Counted from the stretch's first letter, positions 29,709 to 40,383 are shown. The stretch: DNA of 64,000 bases from an uncultured Bacilli bacterium (GCA_947627975.1 CANQYB010000001.1:7997-71996); one strand, 5' to 3'. Translations and numbers: made by a program. The notes: generated from the sequence alone by a model not told the origin.

Positions 29709-32372
29709 ATGAATAAGAATAATAAAAGAAAAAAAGAAAATGTTTCTAAAACAAAAAAACAACTTAAAAATAATAAAGAAAAAAAACATATTATTTTAAT
29801 AGCTATAATAAGTGTTTTAATATTATTTTTAATAATAGGTATAATTTTTGCGGTATTTATTGTATTATCAGCTCCTAAATTTTCAAAAAATGCCCTATAC
29901 AACAAAGAAATGTCGATAATTTATGAATCAAAAGGTAACGAAATAGCCAGGTTAGGAACTGAAAAAAGAGAACTTGTAAATTACGAAGATTTACCTAATG
30001 TTTTAATTGATGCTATTATAGCTACTGAAGATTCAAGATTTTATCAACATAATGGATTTGATATTGCCAGATTTGTTAAAGCAGCACTTGGGCAAATATC
30101 TGGAAATTCATCTGCTGGTGGAGCTTCAACTTTAACAATGCAAGTTGTAAAAAACACTTTTACTTCTACTACTTCAAAAGGAATTGAAGGAATTGTTAGA
30201 AAATTTACTGATATTTATATGGCTATTTTTAAAGTAGAAAGTAATTATACTAAAGAAGAAATAATAGAATTTTATGTTAATGCTCCTTTTTTAGGAAATG
30301 GTGCATATGGTGTTGAACAAGCAAGTCAAACTTATTTTGGCAAAAGTGTTAGTGATCTTACATTATCAGAAGCTGCATTAATTGCTGGTATGTTTCAAGC
30401 CCCTAATACATATAATCCCTATTCAAATCCCGAAGCAGCTACTAAAAGAAGAGCAACAGTTTTAAACTTAATGTATAAACATGGTTATATTACAAAAGAA
30501 CAACAAAAACTTGCAAATAGTGTTTCTATTGAAAGTTTATTACTTCCTAAGTCTGAAATTAAAAATAATAATGAATATCAAGCATTTGTGGATACAGTTG
30601 TAGAAGAAGTAATTGATAGAACTGGTAGTAATCCTTATAATGTGCCTATGCTAATATATTCAACAATGGATACTGATAAACAAATTGTTTTAAACAAAAT
30701 AATGAATGGTGAATTAGTTAATTATCCAAATGATGTAGTTCAAAATGGAATTGCAATTACTTCTGTTAAAGATGGATCTATAGTTGCAATTGGAGCTGGT
30801 AGAAATCGTGTTGGCGAAAGACAATATAATTATGCTACTATGGCGTATCGAATGCCTGGTTCTGCAGCAAAACCTTTTTTTGCATATGGTCCTTTAATTG
30901 AATATAATAATGCATCTCCAGCAACTTATTTCTTTGATTTACCTTATGCCTATTCTAATGGCCAAAGTATAAAAAATGCTGAAGGTGGATTTAGAGGTAT
31001 GATGAACATGCGAACTGCCCTTTCAACAAGTCGTAATATTCCAGCTATTCAAGCATTTCAACAAGTAGATAAAGAAAAAATTAAAGAATTTGTTCATAAT
31101 GTTGGATTACACTATGGAGATGAATTATATGAATCAGCTGCCATAGGTGGATATACTGGTTCTTCTCCTCTTGAAATGTCTGCTGCTTATGCCACACTTG
31201 CTAGAGGTGGAATTTATATAGAACCATATTCCTACACAAAAATAATTTATCGTGAAACTAAGAAAGAAGAAGATATAAAAATAAATAAAAAACAAGCAAT
31301 GAGTGATTCAACAGCATTCTTGCTTACTGATATTCTTCATTATGCAGTAACTAACAAAAATTTATATGGTAGTATAAAATCAAACGGCACCGAACTTGCA
31401 GGTAAAACTGGTACTTCAACAATTGATAGTAATGCCCGAAAAAGATACAATTTACCATCATCAGCCGTAATGGATAGTTGGGCTAACATTTACTCACAGG
31501 ATTATTCAGCATCAATTTGGTATGGCTATCCTGATGCTTCTAGGGGATACTATCTTACAATTAATTCTGGTGGAAACATGAGAAAGAAAATAGCTCAAAT
31601 ATTAGGAAGTCAAGTTTTAAATACTGGTTCCAAATTCAATATTCCATCAAGTGTAGAAAAAGCATCATATGCCCTAAATTCAATCCCTCTTTCTAAAGGA
31701 AGTTCTGGAACAGATTGGTTTAAAAAAGGTACAGCTCCTACAGAAGTTACCAAATACGAAACTGGAGATACATTAGTACCAACAGATGTTAAAGCTACTG
31801 AGGAAAATGGCAAAATAACTATTTCTTGGTCTTCCCCTACTGCTGATCAATCTACAGATGTTAAATCCACTAAAGATTATTTTAATAAACTTTATGGAAA
31901 ATTTGCTAATAGTTTCTATAATGAATATCTAAAATACGGAGGATTAACAGCTGATGGTGGTGCAAGTTATACTGTTACAGTAACAGATCCAGCTGGAACA
32001 TCACAAACAGTTGGTAGTACTTCATCAACTTCTATTACTTATACTCCAACTAAAAATGGCACTTATACTTTTTCTGTTAATGGAGTTCAAGTTAATATCA
32101 AAATATCTTCTATAAAAGAAACAAAAAATTTAATTGCTAGCAGTATATCTTTTAATTCACCTTATTATGATTCAAATACCAAAACATTAACTTTACCAAG
32201 TAATTTTGATGTAACTACTCTAAATCCAATTTTTTATAATGTCGATGGCAATAAATTAAATTGTCCAAGTTATAAACAAGCTTTATCGCGTTCAGATTCT
32301 AAAATCACTTATAATTCTGGTGAAGAATGTGGTAACATAGATTTTACTTTAAATATTATATATAATAATTAA
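29709..32372 (+). CDS. ponA: class A penicillin-binding protein (PBP1A-type transglycosylase/transpeptidase) with Ser/Thr-rich C-terminal extension
   Basis: The start is most likely the ATG at 29709 (RBS AGGAGA), not the upstream M at 29673, which overlaps recU. GT51 motifs 'EDSRFYQHNGFD' and 'GASTLTMQ'. Transpeptidase motifs SAAKP, SRN, KTGT. Confidence 0.9.
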   Translation: MNKNNKRKKENVSKTKKQLKNNKEKKHIILIAIISVLILFLIIGIIFAVFIVLSAPKFSKNALYNKEMSIIYESKGNEIARLGTEKRELVNYEDLPNVLIDAIIATEDSRFYQHNGFDIARFVKAALGQISGNSSAGGASTLTMQVVKNTFTSTTSKGIEGIVRKFTDIYMAIFKVESNYTKEEIIEFYVNAPFLGNGAYGVEQASQTYFGKSVSDLTLSEAALIAGMFQAPNTYNPYSNPEAATKRRATVLNLMYKHGYITKEQQKLANSVSIESLLLPKSEIKNNNEYQAFVDTVVEEVIDRTGSNPYNVPMLIYSTMDTDKQIVLNKIMNGELVNYPNDVVQNGIAITSVKDGSIVAIGAGRNRVGERQYNYATMAYRMPGSAAKPFFAYGPLIEYNNASPATYFFDLPYAYSNGQSIKNAEGGFRGMMNMRTALSTSRNIPAIQAFQQVDKEKIKEFVHNVGLHYGDELYESAAIGGYTGSSPLEMSAAYATLARGGIYIEPYSYTKIIYRETKKEEDIKINKKQAMSDSTAFLLTDILHYAVTNKNLYGSIKSNGTELAGKTGTSTIDSNARKRYNLPSSAVMDSWANIYSQDYSASIWYGYPDASRGYYLTINSGGNMRKKIAQILGSQVLNTGSKFNIPSSVEKASYALNSIPLSKGSSGTDWFKKGTAPTEVTKYETGDTLVPTDVKATEENGKITISWSSPTADQSTDVKSTKDYFNKLYGKFANSFYNEYLKYGGLTADGGASYTVTVTDPAGTSQTVGSTSSTSITYTPTKNGTYTFSVNGVQVNIKISSIKETKNLIASSISFNSPYYDSNTKTLTLPSNFDVTTLNPIFYNVDGNKLNCPSYKQALSRSDSKITYNSGEECGNIDFTLNIIYNN

Positions 32373-32373
32373 A

Positions 32374-32405
32374 AAAAGATACTTTTTATGTATCTTTTTT
32401 TTTTG
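32374..32405 (+). terminator. rho-independent terminator after ponA
   Basis: aaagatac-ttttta-tgtatctt hairpin followed by a T10 run. Confidence 0.6.
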
Positions 32406-32511
32406 GCTAAATAAAACCAAAATCTATATAAAACATTATATAATGTTATTTTATTTTATGAATTATTTAAAATATTTTATAATTATTAGGCCTAATATTT
32501 TTTAACTTAAT

Positions 32512-33018
32512 TTAATTTAATTTATCTACCCATAATTTTAATGAATCTTGAGCATTTTTTAATTCATTAAATATTTCCTCATCAGATTTCTTCATTGAGT
32601 GATATTTATCTTTATAATAATTTATTTTTTTGGAAATATAGGAATTATTGTTTACAAGTTCATATTTAAACCCTTTAGGTAAAATTTTAAAATTATAGTT
32701 TTTAGCAAAAGATATATATATGTGTGTTTCCGTCTTTTCATCTTTATGATAAAAATATTTATCATCTTTTTTTATAAAATGTAAAGTTTTATCTTTTTTT
32801 GAGTTATTTAAATAATCTTGAAATTTTTCTATAGGACATTTATAAATTGGCAACATTAAGCCACTTTCATTATGACCTGCACAGGAATAATTTGTTTTAT
32901 ATCCTTTTTTATTAAGCGTTGCAATAACATAACTTATTTCATAATCACAGTAAATATAATTCTTTAATTCATCACTAATTTCAAAATTCTTTTTATTTAT
33001 AAAAGCTATTAAAGACAT
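32512..33018 (-). CDS. hypothetical protein
   Basis: 168-aa Lys/Tyr-rich ORF with no recognisable motif. Confidence 0.4.
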   Translation of the reverse strand: MSLIAFINKKNFEISDELKNYIYCDYEISYVIATLNKKGYKTNYSCAGHNESGLMLPIYKCPIEKFQDYLNNSKKDKTLHFIKKDDKYFYHKDEKTETHIYISFAKNYNFKILPKGFKYELVNNNSYISKKINYYKDKYHSMKKSDEEIFNELKNAQDSLKLWVDKLN

Positions 33019-33067
33019 ATTTTAACACCTCGAAAAAATTATAACTTATTATTTATAATAATTCAAA

Positions 33068-35098
33068 TTAATTGTAAGTTTTTATTTTATAATTCCTATT
33101 ATTTAATATAATTTCAACGCTTCCATCTTCATCAGTTCGATATATTTTAGACTTTGATAGAATTTTTAAAACATTTTCATTTGGATGTCCATATTTATTA
33201 TTTTTGCCAACTGAAATTAGCGAATATTTTGGATTAATAGTATTTATAAAATTTAAACTTGAAGACGTATTTGATCCATGATGACCTACTTTTAAAAAAT
33301 CTATATTTGTTAAATTATATTTTTTTACTAAATCTTCTTCTTTTTTTATTCCAGCATCTCCCATAAATAAAAATTTATAATTTTCATAATTAAAATATAT
33401 TACATTAGAATTATCATTTTCATTATTGTATTTTTTTGTATTTAAAAATTGAAATTTATCATATTGTTCAACATTTTTATAATAAGAAATTTTTTTGCTT
33501 TTTAATATTTTAATTAATTTTAGTTCCAAATTATTATATTCATCATTGTTAAAAATAACATTCTTAACTTTTATTTGTTTTATAAAATATTTAGCATATC
33601 CCATATGATCATAATCCCCATGAGTTAAAATAAGATAATCAATTTTATTTATTCCCTTACTTTTTAAAAAAGTTATAATATTATCTTTTAAATATTCATT
33701 ATAACTACCACCTGTATCAATCATTGTGACATTTTTATTAAATTTATCTTGAATTATAAAACAATCACCTTGAGATACATCTAACATATAGACATAACTA
33801 TTAAAATTTAAATAAGGAATTAATTTTATAAAACAAAACAAAAATATAATATAAATTAAAAGTTTTATTCTTTTTAAATTAATTAAATAATAAACTAAAG
33901 GATAATATATTATTAACAAAATAATATTAAATTTTGGAAAATTTAAATTTAATATTTTAATATTAGCCAAAAATAAAGATATTTTTTCTAAATTAATAAT
34001 TAATATATTAAATAATTTTAGAAAAATAGGAAATACAAAACAAATTAATGATAATGGATAAATAATAATTGTAATTAATGGAACAAATAACAGATTATAC
34101 ATAATTGATAATAAATTAATTTCATAAAAATTTAAAATAGTTATTGGTAAACTATATAAAAATGCTACTAATGATACTTTTAATATTTTTAAAAAATATG
34201 AGCCATTTTTTAAAAAATTATAACTAATTAATAATCCCAAACTAGTAATAGTAGAATAAAAAAAGGAAATACTATAAATGTAATTATAATTTAAAAAAAA
34301 CATTAAGGAAATTGCTAAAAAAAATAAATTAATAGCCTTTATAGATAGATTAAATAAATTATTAAATTTAAATAAAATAAATATAATTAACGCTCTTACT
34401 ATTGAAGGAGTAAATGAAGTTAAAAAAGCATAATAAATCAAGAGTAAAATAATTATTAAATATATAATTTTTTTAGGTAATTTTATTTTATTTAGTAAAA
34501 TAAATAAAATACTTGAAAACAATGTTACATGCATACCAGATATAGCAAATAAATGAGAAATACCGTTTTTTTGGTAAGATTTTAAAATATTATTACTTAA
34601 ATTTTCTTTATCTCCCAATATAAATGTTTTTAAATACCCAGTTTTATCTATTTTAGTAATTCTATGATTAACAAAATTTTTAATATTATAAAATAAATTA
34701 ACTTCATTGTTTACAATTTTAATTTCCTTAACATTCATTGAATAATAAATCTTTTTACTTTTTAAATAATTTTTATAATTAAATGTATTTGGTATTGTAT
34801 TTTTATTAATTAAATTTATATTTCCTTTTAAATTTAATGTTGTTCCTAAAGGCAAAATTATTGATTTATCATCATTATTTTTAAAATAATAAAAAGCAAT
34901 TATTTTTTTTTTATTTTTTACTTCCAAGGTTATTTTTTCACTATCTTTTTCAAAACTAATTAATTTACCTATAAAATCATTTTGTTTTATTTTAGAATAA
35001 TTAAAACTATATATATTAAATATTACCCAAATTAAAGATAAAATGAAAATTATAATATAAATATATTTATACTGTAATATTATCTTTAATTTTTGCAA
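33068..35098 (-). CDS. comEC: DNA internalisation competence protein ComEC/Rec2
   Basis: Polytopic competence domain followed by a metallo-beta-lactamase domain 'LILTHGDYDHMGY'. Downstream of comEA. Confidence 0.85.
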   Translation of the reverse strand: MQKLKIILQYKYIYIIIFILSLIWVIFNIYSFNYSKIKQNDFIGKLISFEKDSEKITLEVKNKKKIIAFYYFKNNDDKSIILPLGTTLNLKGNINLINKNTIPNTFNYKNYLKSKKIYYSMNVKEIKIVNNEVNLFYNIKNFVNHRITKIDKTGYLKTFILGDKENLSNNILKSYQKNGISHLFAISGMHVTLFSSILFILLNKIKLPKKIIYLIIILLLIYYAFLTSFTPSIVRALIIFILFKFNNLFNLSIKAINLFFLAISLMFFLNYNYIYSISFFYSTITSLGLLISYNFLKNGSYFLKILKVSLVAFLYSLPITILNFYEINLLSIMYNLLFVPLITIIIYPLSLICFVFPIFLKLFNILIINLEKISLFLANIKILNLNFPKFNIILLIIYYPLVYYLINLKRIKLLIYIIFLFCFIKLIPYLNFNSYVYMLDVSQGDCFIIQDKFNKNVTMIDTGGSYNEYLKDNIITFLKSKGINKIDYLILTHGDYDHMGYAKYFIKQIKVKNVIFNNDEYNNLELKLIKILKSKKISYYKNVEQYDKFQFLNTKKYNNENDNSNVIYFNYENYKFLFMGDAGIKKEEDLVKKYNLTNIDFLKVGHHGSNTSSSLNFINTINPKYSLISVGKNNKYGHPNENVLKILSKSKIYRTDEDGSVEIILNNRNYKIKTYN

Positions 35099-35747
35099 AT
35101 AATAAATCCCCTATTCCTGTTACATTTTTAATGTCATCAATATTAGCAAAATTACCATAACTAGCTCTATAATCTAAAATAGCTTGTGCTTTAGAAGAAC
35201 CAATAGATTTTAAAGTCATTAACTCATCTAAATTAGCTGTATTTATATTAATTTTATCATTTGTAGAATTTGTATTATTTGATACTTTACTACTAGAATT
35301 GCTAGAAATAATTGAAACATTTTTATTAGTTTTTAGACAATTAGTATAATCAACATCATTTGTATTACATGTATGATTTTCATTCAATTCCTCTTTTAAT
35401 TCATTTTTACTTTTTATAATAATTACCATTTCTTTTTCTAATTTTTTACTTAAATTTATATTTAAAGTAGTAGCATTTTTTAATAATCCTCCAGCCATAT
35501 TTATTGCATCATTAACAATATTATTACTTTTAACTTTATAAACTCCTGGATTTTTTACATAACCTTTTATATCAATAAAAAAATCTTGGCTATTTATTTT
35601 ATTACTCTTTTTTTCTGTTATTTCATTTGTTTCTGATGATACTTGATTAGAATTTATAAAAAATAATATACCGATTAAAATTATTAAAAAACTTATAATG
35701 TACAAATATTTTTTTATATATTTTCCTCCTTTCACATATATGTACAT
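35067..35747 (-). CDS. comEA: competence protein ComEA (SLBB + helix-hairpin-helix DNA-binding)
   Basis: N-terminal TM and a C-terminal HhH pair 'INTANLDELMTLKSIGSSKAQAILDYR'. Confidence 0.8.
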   Translation of the reverse strand: MYIYVKGGKYIKKYLYIISFLIILIGILFFINSNQVSSETNEITEKKSNKINSQDFFIDIKGYVKNPGVYKVKSNNIVNDAINMAGGLLKNATTLNINLSKKLEKEMVIIIKSKNELKEELNENHTCNTNDVDYTNCLKTNKNVSIISSNSSSKVSNNTNSTNDKININTANLDELMTLKSIGSSKAQAILDYRASYGNFANIDDIKNVTGIGDLLFAKIKDNITV

Positions 35748-35792
35748 TATTTTTTTTAATTTTCCTTTTAATTTTTAAATAATAAAAAAAAA

Positions 35793-36428
35793 TTAATTGT
35801 CATTACTAAAATGACAACCACAATAATTTTGACGATATAAACAATATTTTTTTGATAAAATAATGCTTTTTTTATAACCATCTTCTTTTTTAAAATCAGA
35901 AATTAAAAAATTTATATTATATTTTTTTTCCAAAAACAAACCTATCTCATTAATTATTTTAGAATTTTTATGGGGTGAAACAGTTAATGTTGTTCCAAAA
36001 AAATCATAATTATTTTCTTTAGCAAATTTTGCTGTCTCATCTAATCTTAAATAAAAACATTTATTACAACGAATTCCACCTTCTTTTTCCTTTTCCAAAC
36101 CTTTTGTAAATTCTAAAAATTTTAAATTATCATAATCACAATTTATGTATTTTATATTTATATTTTCTTTTTTCAATTCATTTATTAATCTTATTTGTTC
36201 ATTTTTTCTTTTTTCATATTCATAAAATGGTTCTATATTAGGATTATAATAATAAATTGTGATATCAAAATAAGGTTGTAAATATGTTATAACATGTGAA
36301 GAACATGGGGCACAACAACTGTGCAACAAAAGTTTTTTCTTATTTTCTTTATTTTGATTTTTTAATATTTCATTTTGTAATAGTTTATAATTCATATTTA
36401 TTAAATAAATATAATAAATAGTTAACAA
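35793..36428 (-). CDS. queH: epoxyqueuosine reductase QueH (DUF208)
   Basis: 'LLHSCCAPCSSHV' and 'GGIRCNKCFYLRLDE...YCGC' Cys motifs of QueH. 211 aa. Confidence 0.75.
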   Translation of the reverse strand: MLTIYYIYLINMNYKLLQNEILKNQNKENKKKLLLHSCCAPCSSHVITYLQPYFDITIYYYNPNIEPFYEYEKRKNEQIRLINELKKENINIKYINCDYDNLKFLEFTKGLEKEKEGGIRCNKCFYLRLDETAKFAKENNYDFFGTTLTVSPHKNSKIINEIGLFLEKKYNINFLISDFKKEDGYKKSIILSKKYCLYRQNYCGCHFSNDN

Positions 36429-36481
36429 GAGAGAATTGTTTTTTACTACTAATTATCATATTTTTCCTTTATTTATTTCTC

Positions 36482-37192
36482 TCAAAATGGTGTAAAGACA
36501 AAATTTTCACTATTTGATGAATCTAAATAAATATAACCTTTTTCATTATCTAAGGATGAATTTATTTTGGGATATAAATTTAAATTTTCAATATTAAGTA
36601 TATTAAAATAAACTTTATTTCCATCATTCATATAAGCTAGGAATCTTTCTTTATCAATTTTAACATTTCCAGAACTAAGAGGAGTATATTCTATTTCTGA
36701 AATTAAATTTAAATTATCTGAATCTATTTTTTTTAAACCTTTTATTAGTTTTTTTTCTAAATTATTATCTAAATTAGAAATTAAAGTTGGTACACCTAAA
36801 ATACTATCATTTTTAACACTTTTGCCATTATCAAGAATAACTAAATCAGAATTTTGTTTTCTGTATAAAATTTTATATTCTTCAATATTTATTGTTAATT
36901 TACCTCTTAAACTTTTTTTTATTTTTACATTTTTTACTAAAGATATTTTTTTTATTCTATTTTTTAATAATAGAGAATTTGACTTAAATATCGATGGATA
37001 ATCTTTAATCTTAGCAACTTCTATAATCTCATTATCTTTAATATTTTTATTACCAGTAATATAAATATTTTTTATTTTTAAATTAAAAATGTAACAAAAA
37101 AAACTTATAATTAAATATAAAATTAATAAAAGTAAAATTAATTTTTTAATACTTAATTTTTTTCTTTTTACTTTTTTTGTTTTTTTTATCAT
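36482..37192 (-). CDS. ftsQ: cell division protein FtsQ/DivIB
   Basis: Basic N-terminus, single TM, POTRA-like region. Directly downstream of murG. Confidence 0.7.
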   Translation of the reverse strand: MIKKTKKVKRKKLSIKKLILLLLILYLIISFFCYIFNLKIKNIYITGNKNIKDNEIIEVAKIKDYPSIFKSNSLLLKNRIKKISLVKNVKIKKSLRGKLTINIEEYKILYRKQNSDLVILDNGKSVKNDSILGVPTLISNLDNNLEKKLIKGLKKIDSDNLNLISEIEYTPLSSGNVKIDKERFLAYMNDGNKVYFNILNIENLNLYPKINSSLDNEKGYIYLDSSNSENFVFTPF

Positions 37193-38284
37193 TTAATCAC
37201 CTATAACTTTTTTTATTATTTTATAAATTTCTTGACTACTATTTATAACTTTTTCTTTTTTTAAGTTATTTCTCATATTTTTTAAACTATTTGTATCAGT
37301 TAATAATGCATCAATTTCACTATTTAATAACTTTTTATTTAAATTTTTTTCTTCAATAATTTTACAACATTTTTTATTTACTAAAGACATTGCATTATGA
37401 TATTGATGATTATTAGCTACATAAGGAGAAGGTATTAAAATTGAAGGTAAATTCAAAGCAATTATTTCGCTTATTGTTGATGCTCCAGCACGAGATATAA
37501 AAAGATCTGTAATTTTCATAACTGAAGTTAAATTGTCTATAAAGGGTACTATTTTAACATTTTTAGGAAAAATATTATTATTCACTAATTCCTCATAAAA
37601 ATTACTACCACTTACAAATAAAACTTCATAATTTTTATTACCAACACTTTTTAAATATTCTAAACATTTTGTATTTACAGTTTGTGAACCTAAAGATCCT
37701 GATGCAAATAATACTAATTTTTTATCTTTAGAAAGACCAAATTCTTCTTTAGAAGCAGGTTTAATATTTATGGCTTTATCTGAACAGGGATTTCCTGTAA
37801 AATAAACATTATTTGTATCAAAATATTTTTTTGAGTCACTAAATGATACCAAAACTTTATTAACTTTTTTTGCCAATACTTTATTAGTTTTACCAGGTAT
37901 TGAATTTTGTTCATGAATTATAGTTTTACATTTCATTTTATTAGCGGTTTTTATAACAGGATATGTAACATATCCTCCTACTCCAATAACAATATCAGGC
38001 TTAAATTTTTTTATTATTTCTCTACATTTTTTTTGAGCTTTTAAAATTAAATAAACATTTTTTATATTTCTTAACATATTGGCTTTGGAAATTCCATATA
38101 TTTCTAAAGCTTCATATTTTATACCTCTTTTAGGTATAAGATCTTTTTCCATTCTATTATGAGTTCCAATAAATAAAATATCAGCCTTTTTATCATTTTT
38201 TTTAATAATATCAATAATTGCTAAAGCTGGATAGATATGACCACCTGTTCCACCAGCAGAAATAATATATTTCAATAAAATCAC
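37193..38284 (-). CDS. murG: UDP-GlcNAc:undecaprenyl-PP-MurNAc-pentapeptide GlcNAc transferase MurG
   Basis: 'ISAGGTGGHIYPALAI' N-terminus and GT28 C-terminal domain. 363 aa. Confidence 0.9.
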   Translation of the reverse strand: MILLKYIISAGGTGGHIYPALAIIDIIKKNDKKADILFIGTHNRMEKDLIPKRGIKYEALEIYGISKANMLRNIKNVYLILKAQKKCREIIKKFKPDIVIGVGGYVTYPVIKTANKMKCKTIIHEQNSIPGKTNKVLAKKVNKVLVSFSDSKKYFDTNNVYFTGNPCSDKAINIKPASKEEFGLSKDKKLVLFASGSLGSQTVNTKCLEYLKSVGNKNYEVLFVSGSNFYEELVNNNIFPKNVKIVPFIDNLTSVMKITDLFISRAGASTISEIIALNLPSILIPSPYVANNHQYHNAMSLVNKKCCKIIEEKNLNKKLLNSEIDALLTDTNSLKNMRNNLKKEKVINSSQEIYKIIKKVIGD

Positions 38285-38416
38285 CTACTTAATTATAGTA
38301 TAAAATATTTTTTTCTTTCTTAAATATTTAAATTACATATACATTATACTATAAATTTTTATTTAATTAAATAGTTGTTTCTCACATATAATTAACAGAA
38401 AGAGAGGCTTAAAGTA

Positions 38417-39502
38417 TTGAAAAATATCACCAAACGTATAAAATTTGTATTTATAATTACATTATTATTTTTAATTATAATTATTTTAAAAGTCTTTTAC
38501 ATTCAAGTTATTGACTATAAAAAGCTAAATAAATTATCTGCAGATCTTTGGGGCAGAAATTTACCTATTGCCGCTGAAAGAGGAAAAATACTTGATAGAA
38601 ATGGTAAAATTTTAGCAGATAATATAACTACTACTTCTCTTGTACTAATTCCTAATCAAATAAAAAATAAAGAAAAGGTTGCTAAAGATTTGGCTAAGAT
38701 TTTAAATGTATCTTTAAAGGAAATGGAAAAACATGTATACAAAAAGACCTCAATTGAAAGAGTTCATCCAGAAGGAAGAAAATTAAGTTATGAAATTGCT
38801 AAAAAAATTGATCAACTTGCATATGATGGAGTTTATCTTGTAAAAGAATCTAAAAGATACTATCCTTATAAAGAATTACTTGCACATACTTTAGGCTATG
38901 TTGGAATTGATAATCAGGGATTATCTGGTCTTGAATTAGAATATGATGATTATTTAACTGGAAAAGATGGCGCAATAAAATACTTTTCAGATGGAAAAGG
39001 AAAAAAATTGGCATTATCTGAAGTTTACGTTCAACCTCAAAATGGAATTGATGTTAATTTAACAATAGATTTAGATATTCAATTATCCATTGAAAGAGAA
39101 CTAAATAATGTTGTAGAAAAATATGATCCAGAACATGCTTTAATAATTGCAATGGATCCTAATAATGGAGAAATTTTAGGAATGGGTTCAAGGCCATCTT
39201 TTGATCCAAATAATTATCAAAATTATTCTAATGAAGTTATTAACCGTAATTTGCCAATATTTATGACTTATGAACCTGGATCAACTTTTAAAATAATAAC
39301 TTTAACTGCTGCTCTTGAAGAAAAAAAAGTTAATTTATTTAAAGATCGTTATACAGATAGTGGTGGTGTTACTATAAATGGTGCAAGAATAAAATGCTGG
39401 AAAGCTGGAGGACATGGTGATCAAAGTTATTTAGAAGTAGTTGAAAATTCATGTAATCTTGGAGTAAATACAGAAACATATTTGAATTTAAAGAATTACT
39501 AG
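38417..39502 (+). CDS. spoVD: SpoVD-like class B PBP, 5' segment of a gene split by a 15.5-kb insertion
   Basis: TTG start with RBS AGAGAGG. The ORF encodes the dimerisation domain plus the start of the transpeptidase, including STFK, and ends '...LEVVENSCN' followed by 15 element-derived codons and a stop. It is collinear with B. subtilis SpoVD up to the SCN of the SXN motif. The host portion ends at 39458. Confidence 0.8.
   Translation: MKNITKRIKFVFIITLLFLIIIILKVFYIQVIDYKKLNKLSADLWGRNLPIAAERGKILDRNGKILADNITTTSLVLIPNQIKNKEKVAKDLAKILNVSLKEMEKHVYKKTSIERVHPEGRKLSYEIAKKIDQLAYDGVYLVKESKRYYPYKELLAHTLGYVGIDNQGLSGLELEYDDYLTGKDGAIKYFSDGKGKKLALSEVYVQPQNGIDVNLTIDLDIQLSIERELNNVVEKYDPEHALIIAMDPNNGEILGMGSRPSFDPNNYQNYSNEVINRNLPIFMTYEPGSTFKIITLTAALEEKKVNLFKDRYTDSGGVTINGARIKCWKAGGHGDQSYLEVVENSCNLGVNTETYLNLKNY
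39455..39458. other. attL core (AATC) at left element/host junction
   Basis: The same tetranucleotide is present at 54954-54957. The host reading frame is collinear across the two copies. Confidence 0.55.
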
Positions 39503-39600
39503 GAAATAAAATAATTTACTCTACCCAGATAGATGTTTGTTCTACCTATAATTTAATTTATGAAGGAGTTAAATATTCAAATATTGAAGAAAATAATATA

Positions 39601-40383
39601 ATGCCAAAAGAACATATTATAATTTCTAATTTTAATATAGAAGATAATAATATTAAAAAGAAACAAATGCATTTTGATACAAGTACTTATGAAAAGTTAA
39701 TTTTTAATAAAAAAACAACTGCTATTAATTTATTCAATAGTTTAGATAAAAAAATTTTAGGTATAGGAAAAAATATATCAAGAAATTATTTAATTAAAAA
39801 TGTTGTCTATAAATTAAAAAGGAAGATTGTTGAGGTACAAATCAATCAATCTAATTTATTAGTATCATTATATAAAGAAGCAAAAAGATTTGATAATAAT
39901 AATAAATTATTATTAAGAAAAGGATATGAAAACACTAGTTTATGTTATTTTATACAAATTGAAAGTGATGAAGATATTAACTACTGTATTAATCTAATAC
40001 AAAAAATGTATAATTATCTTATCATTTCTAAAATTGATTATATTGATATACTTTATAAAAAATTAGTATTCAATATCAAATTAATAGATAACTCTATAAC
40101 TTTTCATAATACTAACAAAGGATTAATATTTAAAGGAAAAAGAAATTTTACAATTTTAATTAAGCAAAAAAATAATGTATATATTAGACTTCTTAATGTA
40201 GATGACAAAAACAATTTATTAGGAATAATAAAAAGAACAACATATGAGCCATTATGCAAATATTTTAAAGTTTACAAAGATGAAGATATAAATTTTATAA
40301 TTCCTTATATTAAAAATAGTTTCGAATTATCAAAAATTAATCCACTAGATTTAAAACATGATTTTATAAAATTATATTACTAA
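39601..40383 (+). CDS. hypothetical protein at left end of element (frame is open back to the attL junction at 39457)
   Basis: 260-aa ORF with a weak RBS. The same frame has no stop for 47 codons upstream, right back to the junction. Confidence 0.45.
   Translation: MPKEHIIISNFNIEDNNIKKKQMHFDTSTYEKLIFNKKTTAINLFNSLDKKILGIGKNISRNYLIKNVVYKLKRKIVEVQINQSNLLVSLYKEAKRFDNNNKLLLRKGYENTSLCYFIQIESDEDINYCINLIQKMYNYLIISKIDYIDILYKKLVFNIKLIDNSITFHNTNKGLIFKGKRNFTILIKQKNNVYIRLLNVDDKNNLLGIIKRTTYEPLCKYFKVYKDEDINFIIPYIKNSFELSKINPLDLKHDFIKLYY

Noticed and set aside
38417-39502. Possibility that the 361-aa ORF is a complete short PBP
   Set aside because: It stops 15 codons after the SXN motif. The missing KTG motif and PASTA domain continue collinearly at 54958..55808.
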